DNA of 64,000 nucleotides from Thermodesulfobacteriota bacterium. GTDB lineage: Bacteria; Desulfobacterota; Desulfovibrionia; Desulfovibrionales; Desulfonatronovibrionaceae. Each line of letters starts with the position of its first letter. The first letter of the stretch is position 1. A program made the position numbers and the translations under genes. Positions 1 through 8,937 of this stretch are shown here, piece by piece. Where the stretch lies: positions 8,227-72,226 of the forward strand of contig JBNJHA010000003.1 in NCBI GenBank assembly GCA_051748085.1, in the 5' to 3' direction. A model generated the notes under the pieces. The model was given only the letters and a program-made list of their open reading frames with translations. It had not been told where the DNA came from and searched no databases.

Positions 1-122
1 GATTCGGGGCCGATTAAAAGCAATTGGTCCTGTTCCGGGCAAAGAGCATCCGGCTGAAGTCTGCTTACAAGTTCAGGACCGAGTCCATTCGGGTCGCCGA
101 GCGTGAGTATCAATTTGAGCAT
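1..122 (-). CDS. pdxA: PdxA-family 4-hydroxythreonine-4-phosphate dehydrogenase, N-terminal fragment (gene runs off the window start)
   Basis: My own reverse-strand translation from the ATG at 122-120 gives MLKLILTLGDPNGLGPELVSRLQPDAL... This fits the N-terminal TxGDPxGIGPE motif of PdxA. The fragment is too short to appear in the ORF track. Confidence 0.55.
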   Translation of the reverse strand, partial: MLKLILTLGDPNGLGPELVSRLQPDALCPEQDQLLLIGPE

Positions 123-127
123 GAAAC

Positions 128-328
128 TTATTGGGTCCGGGAGAGTTTCATGCAATCCTGATAAAATAGACAATCGGTCTGATCGCAATATTTGTTTTCA
201 GCCCGGGCGAAACAGTCGAAGTTGCCTTCCGCGCGCTGGATAGCTCGAATCGCTTCGATTTTGGTGGTTCCGACCCTGAAGGTCAGATTTTTTTCTTTGC
301 CGAGTTTCCTGATTTCCTGCATTTTCAT
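128..328 (-). CDS. small Rho-N/SAP-like protein with a C-terminal Cys motif
   Basis: 66 aa. The segment KIEAIRAIQRAEGNFDCF...CDQTDCLFYQDC matches my recollection of a small protein family common in sulfate reducers and methanogens. It lies 5 nt upstream of the pdxA start. Confidence 0.6.
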   Translation of the reverse strand: MKMQEIRKLGKEKNLTFRVGTTKIEAIRAIQRAEGNFDCFARAENKYCDQTDCLFYQDCMKLSRTQ

Positions 329-357
329 TTTTTCCTCCTCAGTAAGTTTAAATCGTC

Positions 358-415
358 TATCTGTTCAGCAAATTTGTATCTGTTCACTAATTTTTTTCGT
401 GTGCTGAACAGTTAC
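358..415 (+). repeat. REP-like imperfect palindrome, full copy plus an extra left half-site
   Basis: GTATCTGTTCAC (376-387) pairs with CTGAACAGTTAC (404-415) as an 11-bp stem with one T:T mismatch and a T-rich 18-nt spacer. An additional TATCTGTTCAGC lies at 358-369. Confidence 0.7.
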
Positions 416-428
416 TGGTCGGATAAGT

Positions 429-1910
429 TCAATCCATTCCATAGGCCCGGGCATAGACCTTGGCTGATTTATCCCAGGAAAAATCAGCGCGCATGGCTCT
501 TTTCTGCATTCGTTTCCAGGCCTCCCTGTCTTTAAAGACAGTCATGGCCTGACTTACACAATCCAGGAATGCTTCGCTTTCAAATTCTTGAAATATAAAT
601 CCGTTTGCTTCCCGGTCCGGATATGGCGTTATGGTGTCTTTCAGACCTCCTACAGCGGTTGCTACAGGCAAAGTCCCGTATTTCAGGCTGTACATCTGTG
701 TCAGGCCGCAGGGTTCATAGCGCGAGGGCATAAGAAAAATATCGCTTGCGGCCTGAATTTTATGGGCCATTTCTTCAGTATAGCCGACTATGCCCGCCAT
801 GAATTCGGGGTGCTCTTCCACCAGCTGCATAAGCCGCGATTCATAGATGTCTTTTCCTTCTCCGAGAATAACGAGTCCTGCACCACAGTTTATGAATTGT
901 CTGGCCGCTTCCAGGACCAGATCGATACCTTTCTGACGGCGCAGACGCCCGATGAATCCAAGCAGAGGGCGATTCACGAGCTGTTTGGAAAGTCCCAGAT
1001 CTTCAAGCAGACTCAGTTTGCATTTCTCTTTTTCTTCGAGAGTTTCCAGGGTATAATTGCATTCAAGATATTTGTCGGTTTCCGGGTTCCAAATGCTGTA
1101 GTCCGCCCCATTGAGAATGCCCCATATTTTGTTCTTGTTTCTGGTCAGCAGGCCGTCCATGCCGCATCCGAATTCGGGGGTAAGTATTTCGGACGCGTAT
1201 GTCGGACTGACGGTAGTTATAATATCCGAATAGGCGATTCCGGCTTTGAGCAGGTTGAAGCTGTTATAGTATTCCACGCCGTCCATGTGCCAGGCATCAA
1301 AGGGCAGCCCGGAGTCCCAAAAAAGTCTGGAGGAGAATCTTCCCTGAAAGGCCAGGTTGTGGATGGTGAATGCCGTTTTTGTTTCTTTCCAGAACCCGGA
1401 AGTAAATTTTTTGAAATGAATATAGGCGTTAGTCAGCGCGGCATGCCAGTCGTGGGCGTGGACAATATCCGGAGAAGTTCCAATCTTTTCCATCAGCGCA
1501 ACTGCCGCACGGCAGAAAAAAATGAAACGTTCACAATTGTCAAAGTATTCCCCTTTGTGTGTGCAGTAATAATGTTTGCGGTCAAAATATTCTCCGCGAT
1601 CTATGAAAAATACGGTCAGACCGTTGAAATCGGCTTTATAAATGTCCGCGCTTATTTCCGGCCAGGGATATCCGACAGGACAGTTTTCATAGATTAGTGA
1701 AAGTTGATATTGTGAGGTTGCTATGCGGCCATATAGAGGAGTTATGACGTAATTGTGCAAGCCGATATCGTTCAGGGCCTGAGGCAGAATCCCCACTACA
1801 TCGGCCAGTCCTCCGCTTTTGGAAAAAGGATAAATCTCTGCGCTTATATGGAATATACTGGACGTTTTTTTCAGGGACAGGTCATCTGGACGGGATATAG
1901 CTGGCGTCAT
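429..1910 (-). CDS. glgA: glycogen synthase
   Basis: 493 aa. It has the N-terminal KSGGLADVVG motif and the C-terminal MPSRYEPCGLTQMY motif typical of bacterial starch/glycogen synthases. Confidence 0.95.
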   Translation of the reverse strand: MTPAISRPDDLSLKKTSSIFHISAEIYPFSKSGGLADVVGILPQALNDIGLHNYVITPLYGRIATSQYQLSLIYENCPVGYPWPEISADIYKADFNGLTVFFIDRGEYFDRKHYYCTHKGEYFDNCERFIFFCRAAVALMEKIGTSPDIVHAHDWHAALTNAYIHFKKFTSGFWKETKTAFTIHNLAFQGRFSSRLFWDSGLPFDAWHMDGVEYYNSFNLLKAGIAYSDIITTVSPTYASEILTPEFGCGMDGLLTRNKNKIWGILNGADYSIWNPETDKYLECNYTLETLEEKEKCKLSLLEDLGLSKQLVNRPLLGFIGRLRRQKGIDLVLEAARQFINCGAGLVILGEGKDIYESRLMQLVEEHPEFMAGIVGYTEEMAHKIQAASDIFLMPSRYEPCGLTQMYSLKYGTLPVATAVGGLKDTITPYPDREANGFIFQEFESEAFLDCVSQAMTVFKDREAWKRMQKRAMRADFSWDKSAKVYARAYGMD

Positions 1911-1984
1911 GGCGTGTTCCTTTATGGCCAGGTTGTATTTTTCCGGAAACGGTCTATTTCCGTATTAAGTTCTTCGGTCACGGT

Positions 1985-2464
1985 TCATACGTTGCGACCG
2001 GGCAGTTGGGCCAACCTCTTTTTTTCCTTTATTAAAATAAAATCATTTATTATTTCCAAGTGATCAAATGCCAATTCCGGGAGCCGAAGTAAAGAAAAAA
2101 AAGAAGCTGCGGCGGCATCATCGCCGGCTTTGAGAGTGTCGGTTGTTTCGGGATGGGCGGTAAAGACGGTGCTCATGGTATGGTGCCGAGGATCGCGATT
2201 TGGATTGGAATATACTCCCAGCAAACTGTCCAGGACCACGTTTAATCCCGTTTCTTCCCTGGCTTCTCTGCGGGCTGCGTGATCCGCGCTTTCCCCATAG
2301 TCTATGAACCCGCCCGGCAGGGCCCAGCCCAAGGGGGGATTCTTGCGCCGGACAAGTACAATTTCCTCCGGAGGAGAAAAAATAATTATATCCACTGTGG
2401 GAATCGGATTCCGATAGTGCAGAACTGGTTGTCCGCAGTGCGGACAGGGCTTATAAGCGCTCAC
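1985..2464 (-). CDS. NUDIX hydrolase with N-terminal zinc ribbon
   Basis: The Nudix box GGFIDYGESADHAARREAREETGL is present, together with an N-terminal CPHCG motif. Confidence 0.9.
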   Translation of the reverse strand: MSAYKPCPHCGQPVLHYRNPIPTVDIIIFSPPEEIVLVRRKNPPLGWALPGGFIDYGESADHAARREAREETGLNVVLDSLLGVYSNPNRDPRHHTMSTVFTAHPETTDTLKAGDDAAAASFFSLLRLPELAFDHLEIINDFILIKEKKRLAQLPGRNV

Positions 2465-2502
2465 GTGGTTTGGTCCTGGTTGTTTGAAGTAAAAGTATAT
2501 AA

Positions 2503-3417
2503 ATGATAGAGAAAAATACTATGGTTGACAAGTTGTTGGTGGTTCATAAAGGAGCGCTTGGCGATTTTCTGCTATTATGGCCCACTTTGCTGGCTTTAAG
2601 CAGATATTTTGGAAACAGGAAGCTTTTTTGGTACGGTAAAAATGATTTTTTATGCTGGCTGCGTCCCCTGGGTTTTGAAAATTGTTCCCAGAATGTCCGT
2701 TTTCTGACCGATAGTTTGTATGACTGCAACAAATTGTCCGCTGGTCTGCTTGATTATCGGATAATCTGGTTTGGTTTACTGAAGAGAACCATATACGTGG
2801 AAGACTCCCGGTTGACATTCTTAACCACAGTTGATCCGGATCGGAAAAAGCATGGGCGTGAAGTTTGCCGCGAAAAGCTTTCTTCTATGGGCATTAAATG
2901 GCCGCATGACTGGCAAGAGGTTTGGCGGAAAGAATTTGGAAGTTTTCAAAAAACGCAAAAAGCTCCGGTTCTTTTTTTTCCGGGGTCGGGCAATTCAGGA
3001 AAAAACTGGCCCTTGGTTAAATTTTTTGAACTTGGGAAATGGTTGGAAAATCGAGGCGTGAAGGTCGTATTTGTCCTTGGACCGTTGGAAAGAGAAAAGA
3101 ATGTTTCAGTCGACAACTTCGCAACATGCAATCCTGATAGTCTTCGGGAACTTGCGCGAGTGGTCAGGGGAGCAAGGGCTGTTGTGGGAAATGATTGCGG
3201 ACCGATGCATTTGGCGGGAAGTTACAAAGTACCCGGAGTCGGGCTGTTTGGCCCGACAAGTTGCGTGCAATGGGGTGCCTGGGGAATGATTAACATTCAG
3301 AGTCCAATCGAATGTTCTCCATGTTCAGATACAGCAGTGATAAATTGCCGGGAAAAAAAGTGTATGGAAAAAATCGATGTGGCCATGGTTAAAAAAGAAA
3401 TGGAAACCATTTTATAA
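2503..3417 (+). CDS. glycosyltransferase family 9 (heptosyltransferase-like)
   Basis: GALGDFLL lies near the N-terminus and GNDCGPMHLAG near the C-terminus. The start could instead be the Met at 2521. Confidence 0.8.
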   Translation: MIEKNTMVDKLLVVHKGALGDFLLLWPTLLALSRYFGNRKLFWYGKNDFLCWLRPLGFENCSQNVRFLTDSLYDCNKLSAGLLDYRIIWFGLLKRTIYVEDSRLTFLTTVDPDRKKHGREVCREKLSSMGIKWPHDWQEVWRKEFGSFQKTQKAPVLFFPGSGNSGKNWPLVKFFELGKWLENRGVKVVFVLGPLEREKNVSVDNFATCNPDSLRELARVVRGARAVVGNDCGPMHLAGSYKVPGVGLFGPTSCVQWGAWGMINIQSPIECSPCSDTAVINCREKKCMEKIDVAMVKKEMETIL

Positions 3418-3516
3418 TTCGCGATCAGGCCAGTTTCTGTTTGCTTGTATCCGTTCATCAAATTTTTTGCTGCTCGTGCTTTTAGGAGGAAAAATAGAGG
3501 AGCGGGAGGATAAAAC

Positions 3517-3549
3517 AAAATCGGCTTTCTTTTTCAGAAAGCCGATTTT
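3517..3549. terminator. bidirectional rho-independent terminator between convergent GT9 and murJ
   Basis: A perfect 14-bp stem pairs AAAATCGGCTTTCT with AGAAAGCCGATTTT across a 5-nt loop. An A-run lies on one side and a T-run on the other. Confidence 0.8.
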
Positions 3550-3785
3550 GCCAAAAGGAGGAAAAGGTATTTGATTTACGACTAAAACAAATATTGCAAA
3601 TAGTAGACCATTTTTTTTGTTTTATTAAATTATAATAAAACAGGGACTTGGATTTTTGAAGTTCACTGTCAGGGTATAAAATTTTTGACTGGATTTTGCT
3701 CGATTCCGGAAAAGCGTAAATTTGAGTACAAAAAATTGAACCATGTTTGCAGCTGTTCTCCGGATGGAAAAAGTTTACCGATTTT

Positions 3786-5333
3786 TTATTTGTTCAATAA
3801 TTTTTTTGAAAGGCTGGAAACTATAAGTTCGGCTTCCGGAATTTTTAATTTTAATGCCAGCCACATATAACCCAGAATCAAAACCGGTATCAACGCCAGG
3901 CATACCCATGGCTTGAATGTGTGCGCGGCCGCAAGGGATACTCCGAGCAGCAGCAGTGATAAATATGTTGTTTTTAGACTCTTTTTAAATACTTCGCCCC
4001 ATGGGCCTATTCGGCGCTTGAGAAATACGGCCAGTAAAAATACATTGGTCCAGGATGCAAGGCTGACGGCAATGGCCAATCCCAAATGCTGCAAATACTG
4101 CATCAGCATATAACCGGCTGCTATATTCAGCAGCATGCAGACTATGGAGATGATGACCGGGGTCCTGGTGTCTTCAAGAGCATAGAATGATGAAATAAGG
4201 GAGCGCACCGAAGAAAAGGCCGGAAGGCCGATGGCGTAGCCGAATAAAGCCAGATCCGTTGCGGTAACGGCGAAACTGTCGAATTGCCCGTGTTCGAACA
4301 GAACGGACAGCAACGGATTGCCCAGTCCAATCAGCCCCGCAGTTGCCGGAATGCTGATAAATAAAGTCAGGGTAATCGATGTGCTCAAGGTCTCTTTGAA
4401 TTCCTGAATATTGTCCTGTGTCACCAGGGTAGAGAGTGAAGGGAGCGCAGCGGTGCTTATGGCCACTCCAAAGACTCCGAGAGGGAATTGCACCAGTCTG
4501 TCTGCGTAGTAAAGGTAGGATATGGAGCCAAATGAAAGCATTGATGCCAGCATTGTCCCGATGAGAATATTTAATTGATAGGCTGCCGCTCCGAGAATCG
4601 TGGGCAGCATCAATTTCCCGATTCTTTTGACGCCCGGGTGTCCGAGTTCAGTTCTGCCCGTCCAGTAAAATTTTTTTTTCTTTAAAAACGGCTGCTGCAG
4701 GATCCATTGGCCTGATCCGGCAGCCAAAACTCCCCAAGCTAGAGCCAGAGCAATGTTTATGTTAAAAAACCAGGCAATTCCGGCTGCGGAAATAAGTGTC
4801 AGGTTCAAAATGCACGGGGCGAGTGCCGGAGCCAGAAAATGGCCGCGGGAGTTTAAAATTCCCATGCATAAAGCTACTGCCGAAATGAAGATTATGTAAG
4901 GAAAACAAATGGCTATCAGCTTGGAGGTCAGTCCGAATATGTCCGCACTGGATGTAAAGCCCGGAGCAATAAAAGCGGTTATTTTAGAGGAGAAAATGAT
5001 CGCTGCCAGGCAAAGCGGAAGCAAAAGTATAAGCAGCCATATCTGTACCCCCCTGGCGATTGAGTCTGCGGTTTCGCTGTCGTGCTCCTTGAAATATCTA
5101 GTGTATACCGGAATAAAAGCCATGGTCAGGGAGCCCTCTGCGAATAGACGGCGCAGGATGTTGGGTAAGCGGAAGGCAACAAAGAAGGCATCGGCAATCG
5201 GTCCCGCCCCGAGAACAGCTGCCAGAATAAGATCCCGGAGAAATCCCAGTATCCTGCTTAAAAGCGTGGCTACGGAGATTATTCCGGCGTTTCTGGCGAT
5301 ACTTTTTGTATGTTTACAATCTGTTGCGGGCAT
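3786..5333 (-). CDS. murJ: lipid II flippase MurJ/MviN
   Basis: 515 aa and polytopic. The N-terminus SRILGFLRDLILAAVLGAG..ADAFFVAFRLPNILRRLFAEGSL is characteristic of MurJ. Confidence 0.95.
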   Translation of the reverse strand: MPATDCKHTKSIARNAGIISVATLLSRILGFLRDLILAAVLGAGPIADAFFVAFRLPNILRRLFAEGSLTMAFIPVYTRYFKEHDSETADSIARGVQIWLLILLLPLCLAAIIFSSKITAFIAPGFTSSADIFGLTSKLIAICFPYIIFISAVALCMGILNSRGHFLAPALAPCILNLTLISAAGIAWFFNINIALALAWGVLAAGSGQWILQQPFLKKKKFYWTGRTELGHPGVKRIGKLMLPTILGAAAYQLNILIGTMLASMLSFGSISYLYYADRLVQFPLGVFGVAISTAALPSLSTLVTQDNIQEFKETLSTSITLTLFISIPATAGLIGLGNPLLSVLFEHGQFDSFAVTATDLALFGYAIGLPAFSSVRSLISSFYALEDTRTPVIISIVCMLLNIAAGYMLMQYLQHLGLAIAVSLASWTNVFLLAVFLKRRIGPWGEVFKKSLKTTYLSLLLLGVSLAAAHTFKPWVCLALIPVLILGYMWLALKLKIPEAELIVSSLSKKLLNK

Positions 5334-5550
5334 AAAATATATAAAATGGTTTGTTTTGCAAAATCGTGTATGGTTCTAATTGGCCGGTTTGCCGTAGGCA
5401 AGCATTCTTTTGCCGTTAATTCGAGAATTTGGCAATAAGGTTGTCTTTTTTGTTTTGTTGAATATCAGCCGAAAAAATGGTAATTTGAAGACAATAGATT
5501 TAATAGATGCGAAAAAAATTGTATTTCAACCAGCGGATAAAGCAAAGACA

Positions 5551-6468
5551 ATGAGAACAATAATAATTTTTTTAGTGGCCAGTACACTATTTTTAGTGGC
5601 CAGCAATTTGCTTAATGCTCAAGATTCAAAGAATGCCACTGTTGAAAACAAATCGCAATCCCGGATTATGGAAATGAATAATGAGTTGTATCTGTTGCGG
5701 GAGAAAATTGACAAAGCTGAGGACGAACGGAAGTCGATCTTAAAACGCCTGCAAGAATTTAAAGGCGCTCTTGATGATCGGGAAAATCGTCTACAGCGAC
5801 TGGAAAAAAACGATAAAAGACTGGATAAGGAATTATTGCAGGCGGATGAAGTCATATTCAGTATAGAGAATGATTATTCTGATATGGTAAAAGATGTGCA
5901 GAACATTCAAACAAAATTTAAAAATCTTAGAGAAAATTTGCCAATCAGAGTTAATGCCCTGGAGTCAAAATTGGAAAAATCGCGTGCAGATCTGTCCGAA
6001 TTCAAAGAAGATATTCAGGTCCAGATAAATGCTGTGAATGACGCGGTGGGTTCCGGTATTGCCGGTCTGGAAAAAAAGTTGATTGAACTTTCCGAGACAG
6101 CGGATGAAAGAGCGGATAGTTTTGCCGGTATAAAAGAGGAAAATCAGGAGTTAAACAAGAAAATAAAGGACTTGAATCAGAAAATAATAAAACTGGAAGA
6201 TGGTTTGGATGATTTTCGCCAGAAGAGTACCGGCCGGCAGGACAAACTGGCTGGACTCGTTCAGGAACGCATTGTGTGGTGGGGAAGTATTGCTCTGGCA
6301 ATACTTGCCATTTTTATAATATGCCTTTTTGTTCGTTTGCTGGTTCTGGGGCGGGATATTCAACGGATTCGGGCGGCATTTCCGCAAGAACCCGCAAAGG
6401 ATAGGGACCCCCTTGATGATGCAGCCATTGGATGGCTTGAGAGAAAGGAGAATAAAGAAGACAGCTGA
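5551..6468 (+). CDS. bitopic coiled-coil protein (signal/anchor, long coiled coil, C-terminal TM)
   Basis: I moved the start to the Met of MRTIIIFLVASTLFLVASNLLNA, a signal-like sequence. About 230 aa of heptad-rich charged sequence follow, then the TM segment WWGSIALAILAIFIICLFVRLLVL. Confidence 0.6.
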   Translation: MRTIIIFLVASTLFLVASNLLNAQDSKNATVENKSQSRIMEMNNELYLLREKIDKAEDERKSILKRLQEFKGALDDRENRLQRLEKNDKRLDKELLQADEVIFSIENDYSDMVKDVQNIQTKFKNLRENLPIRVNALESKLEKSRADLSEFKEDIQVQINAVNDAVGSGIAGLEKKLIELSETADERADSFAGIKEENQELNKKIKDLNQKIIKLEDGLDDFRQKSTGRQDKLAGLVQERIVWWGSIALAILAIFIICLFVRLLVLGRDIQRIRAAFPQEPAKDRDPLDDAAIGWLERKENKEDS

Positions 6469-6513
6469 TTTTCTGTCTAAGGCTGTTTTTGTAGAGGAAT
6501 GCAAAGGTAAAAT

Positions 6514-6816
6514 GGCTCTTCGACGGGATGCATGGATTTTTGTGAGTTATTCTCCTGATCCTTTTGCTGCCGAACTTTCGGTTCTTTATTTTCTAAACCC
6601 TGCCAAAGGGGGACGCTTGCTCCCTTCGGTCTTGCTGGTTCCAGGGGAAACAGTTTTTGTTACCGGAAGTGGCAATTGGTTTGAAAACCTAGGGTTGTGT
6701 TCTTTTTCGCGGTCCGCCTTCCCCCTTTTGGCGAGGGCAAGAAAATATGCGAACCTTTCGTCGGGAACATCAGAAAGGATCACTCGAATAAAGTCCCTAC
6801 GCAACGTCGAGGAGCC
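6514..6816 (+). mobile_element. MITE-like non-autonomous element, copy A
   Basis: The termini GGCTCTTCGACG and CGTCGAGGAGCC match 11/12 as inverted repeats. The flanking 8-mers GGTAAAAT and AGGAAAAT match 6/8. The copy looks highly similar by eye to copy C (52009-52312); percent identity was not computed. It has no credible ORF. Confidence 0.7.
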
Positions 6817-6854
6817 AGGAAAATTTTTTATGCATGGCAAATTTCGGGCACATG

Positions 6855-7325
6855 TTAGTTGCGCAGGGTGGCAACGAGCCTTTGCGGATTTGATAAAAGA
6901 TTAAAGGCGTCAAGTATGTCCGAAACCAGGATGTCCGCATTTTGAGCCGCGATAAAACTGCAGCCCTCGTTTTGGATGACAGCTATGCCTAGTCCTGCCT
7001 CCTTAAGCATAAGGCAGTCATTGCGCCCATTGCCGATGCATGAGCATTCATTTTTTCCCAGGCTGTTTATGTATTCAAGCTTGCGCTCAGCCTGATTTTT
7101 GAAGCTGATGATCTGTATGCGAATCTGTTCGGATCCGAATTTTTCCCTGACTGTACCGTGGGTGTCCGCAGTCAAGATATGGATTTTTAAATTATTACCC
7201 AACCTTGAGATGGCATCCAAAACGCCAGGTATAATTTCTCCGTCTATGGCGATTGTCCCGTTATAGTCCAGTATCAGATTTTTTAATTCCAGATTCGGGC
7301 CGCCCGGTATTTCAAATTTAAGCAT
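6855..7325 (-). CDS. HAD-superfamily hydrolase (soluble P-type-ATPase-like, COG4087-like)
   Basis: 156 aa. LDYNGT (HAD motif I) and GNGRNDCLMLKEAGLG (motif IV) are present. Confidence 0.8.
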   Translation of the reverse strand: MLKFEIPGGPNLELKNLILDYNGTIAIDGEIIPGVLDAISRLGNNLKIHILTADTHGTVREKFGSEQIRIQIISFKNQAERKLEYINSLGKNECSCIGNGRNDCLMLKEAGLGIAVIQNEGCSFIAAQNADILVSDILDAFNLLSNPQRLVATLRN

Positions 7326-7658
7326 ATATCAATCTCCTTAAGAACTGTTTATATGGACAGTCCCTCGATTCGGTTTTCCTCTTTTAGAGCGCATAGGAAA
7401 ACCGGGCGCCGTGTCGTAAGCGCACGCAAAAAATCCGGAGAAATTTCAGCTGCACATGTCCAGAATTTTTCCCCGGTTTTCTTCCGGAATCAGTATGACC
7501 GCGTCTGATTTTGCGGGTTTTTGACCGCACGAACCCTGGATGAATTCGTTTTTAAAAAGTTTTTTTTTCGTGATGCGATCCAGCATTAGTGTAAGTCTGG
7601 ATAAAGCGTGCCCGCGCACGCGATTGCGTACAAATTGCATATCCATAGGCAATCAAGA

Positions 7659-8864
7659 TTATCCGCAAATTTTGCAGTTGGTTATGACTTCTTCCAGAGC
7701 GCCGGCAAATAAATCCAATTGGTCCCGGGGAATGTTCAAGGGAGGCAACAGCCTGAGTACCTTTTCCTGGGTCAGGTTGAGAATGAAGCCTCGGTCCAGA
7801 AGCTCCTTCCAGACCTGTTGGCCGGGAAAGGTCAGCTTTATTCCGAGCATAAGCCCAATACCTCTTATTTCTTCTATTTTATCGCTATTCTTTTCTTGTA
7901 ATTCTGTAAATAGCTTCCGGGCATATTCGCCAGTTTTGGCGCTTTGTTCTACGAGATTTTCCCGTTTAATTATTTCAAGCGTTTTTAAGGCCGCGGCACA
8001 GACCAGTGGAGAACCGCCAAAGGTGGTGGCGTGACTGCCCGGTCCAAAGGCCCGGGCCACATTCTGTCTGAACATCACGGCGCCCATTGGCAGGCCGTTT
8101 GCCAAGGCCTTCGCGCAGGTAACAATATCCGGTTGGAGATCAAAATACTGGTGTGCCCAGAATTTTCCGGTACGACCCATGCCGGTCTGAACTTCATCTA
8201 TAATGAGCAGGATATTTTCTTGCGTGCATAACTTTTGAATGCAATCCAGGTAATCGGGATTCAAAGCTACGATTCCTCCTTCACCCTGGATGACCTCGAC
8301 CATTATCGCCGCGGTGTTTTCATTATATGTTTGGAGGAGCTCATTTTTGTTGTTTGCTTCGACATGTTTGAAGCCGGGCAGTAGAGGAGAAAACCCGTCT
8401 TTTATTTTTTTCTGTCCGGTTGCGGACAGTGTGGCCATTGTTCGGCCGTGAAAAGAATTTTTTAGAGTAATTATTTCGTGACGATCCAGGCCCATGATTT
8501 TATGCATGAATATCCTGGCCGCCTTAATAGCTCCTTCATTGGCCTCGGCTCCGGAATTACAGAAAAATACCTTGTCTAAACCGCAGGTGTCGAGCAGTTC
8601 ATCGGCAAGCTGCAGCTGCTCCTGCTGATAAAAAAGATTGCTGACATGAACCAGTTTTTGGGCCTGGTCACAGATGGCCCTGCTTATTTCCGGATGGCAG
8701 TGACCAACATTGCATACGGAAATTCCGGCTAAAAGGTCGGTATATTTTCGGCCTTCAAAATCAGTGATCGTATGGCCACGGGCGGTTTGAACAGCAATCG
8801 GATACCGGCCGTAAGTGGAACAAAGCTTTTCTTTTTCCTTTTTTTGCAGTGCATTAAAATTCAT
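7659..8864 (-). CDS. argD: acetylornithine aminotransferase (class III PLP aminotransferase)
   Basis: SGAEANEGAIK, DEVQTGMGRTGK and the PLP-lysine region TCAKALANG are present. Confidence 0.9.
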   Translation of the reverse strand: MNFNALQKKEKEKLCSTYGRYPIAVQTARGHTITDFEGRKYTDLLAGISVCNVGHCHPEISRAICDQAQKLVHVSNLFYQQEQLQLADELLDTCGLDKVFFCNSGAEANEGAIKAARIFMHKIMGLDRHEIITLKNSFHGRTMATLSATGQKKIKDGFSPLLPGFKHVEANNKNELLQTYNENTAAIMVEVIQGEGGIVALNPDYLDCIQKLCTQENILLIIDEVQTGMGRTGKFWAHQYFDLQPDIVTCAKALANGLPMGAVMFRQNVARAFGPGSHATTFGGSPLVCAAALKTLEIIKRENLVEQSAKTGEYARKLFTELQEKNSDKIEEIRGIGLMLGIKLTFPGQQVWKELLDRGFILNLTQEKVLRLLPPLNIPRDQLDLFAGALEEVITNCKICG

Positions 8865-8937
8865 AATATAGTTTCCGGATTTATAAAATATTATTTAAGT
8901 GGTTGTATTTGGCTGGCAAATTTTTATATTTTTCTTT

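Noticed and set aside
2-106. Plus-strand open frame at the window start (IRGRLKAIGPVPGKEHPAEV...)
   Set aside because: The opposite strand encodes a recognisable PdxA N-terminus over the same bases, and the plus-strand peptide matches nothing I recognise.
588-1697. 369-aa ORF on the plus strand
   Set aside because: It is antisense to glgA, whose translation carries unambiguous glycogen synthase motifs, so it is a shadow ORF.
6329-6904. ORFs running through the repeat copies (6329..6904+, 6586..6840-, 44866..45051+, 51977..52180+, 52187..52537+, 52088..52525-)
   Set aside because: Their similarity to each other comes from the non-coding MITE-like DNA. The reading frames differ or break between copies, so no common protein is conserved.
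7446-7652. 68-aa ORF just downstream of argD
   Set aside because: The ORF-track start is a TTG with no SD, and I recognise no family. The region also contains a 10-bp inverted repeat (7371-7380 with 7395-7404), so it may be non-coding. It might still be a real small gene, but I cannot support it.
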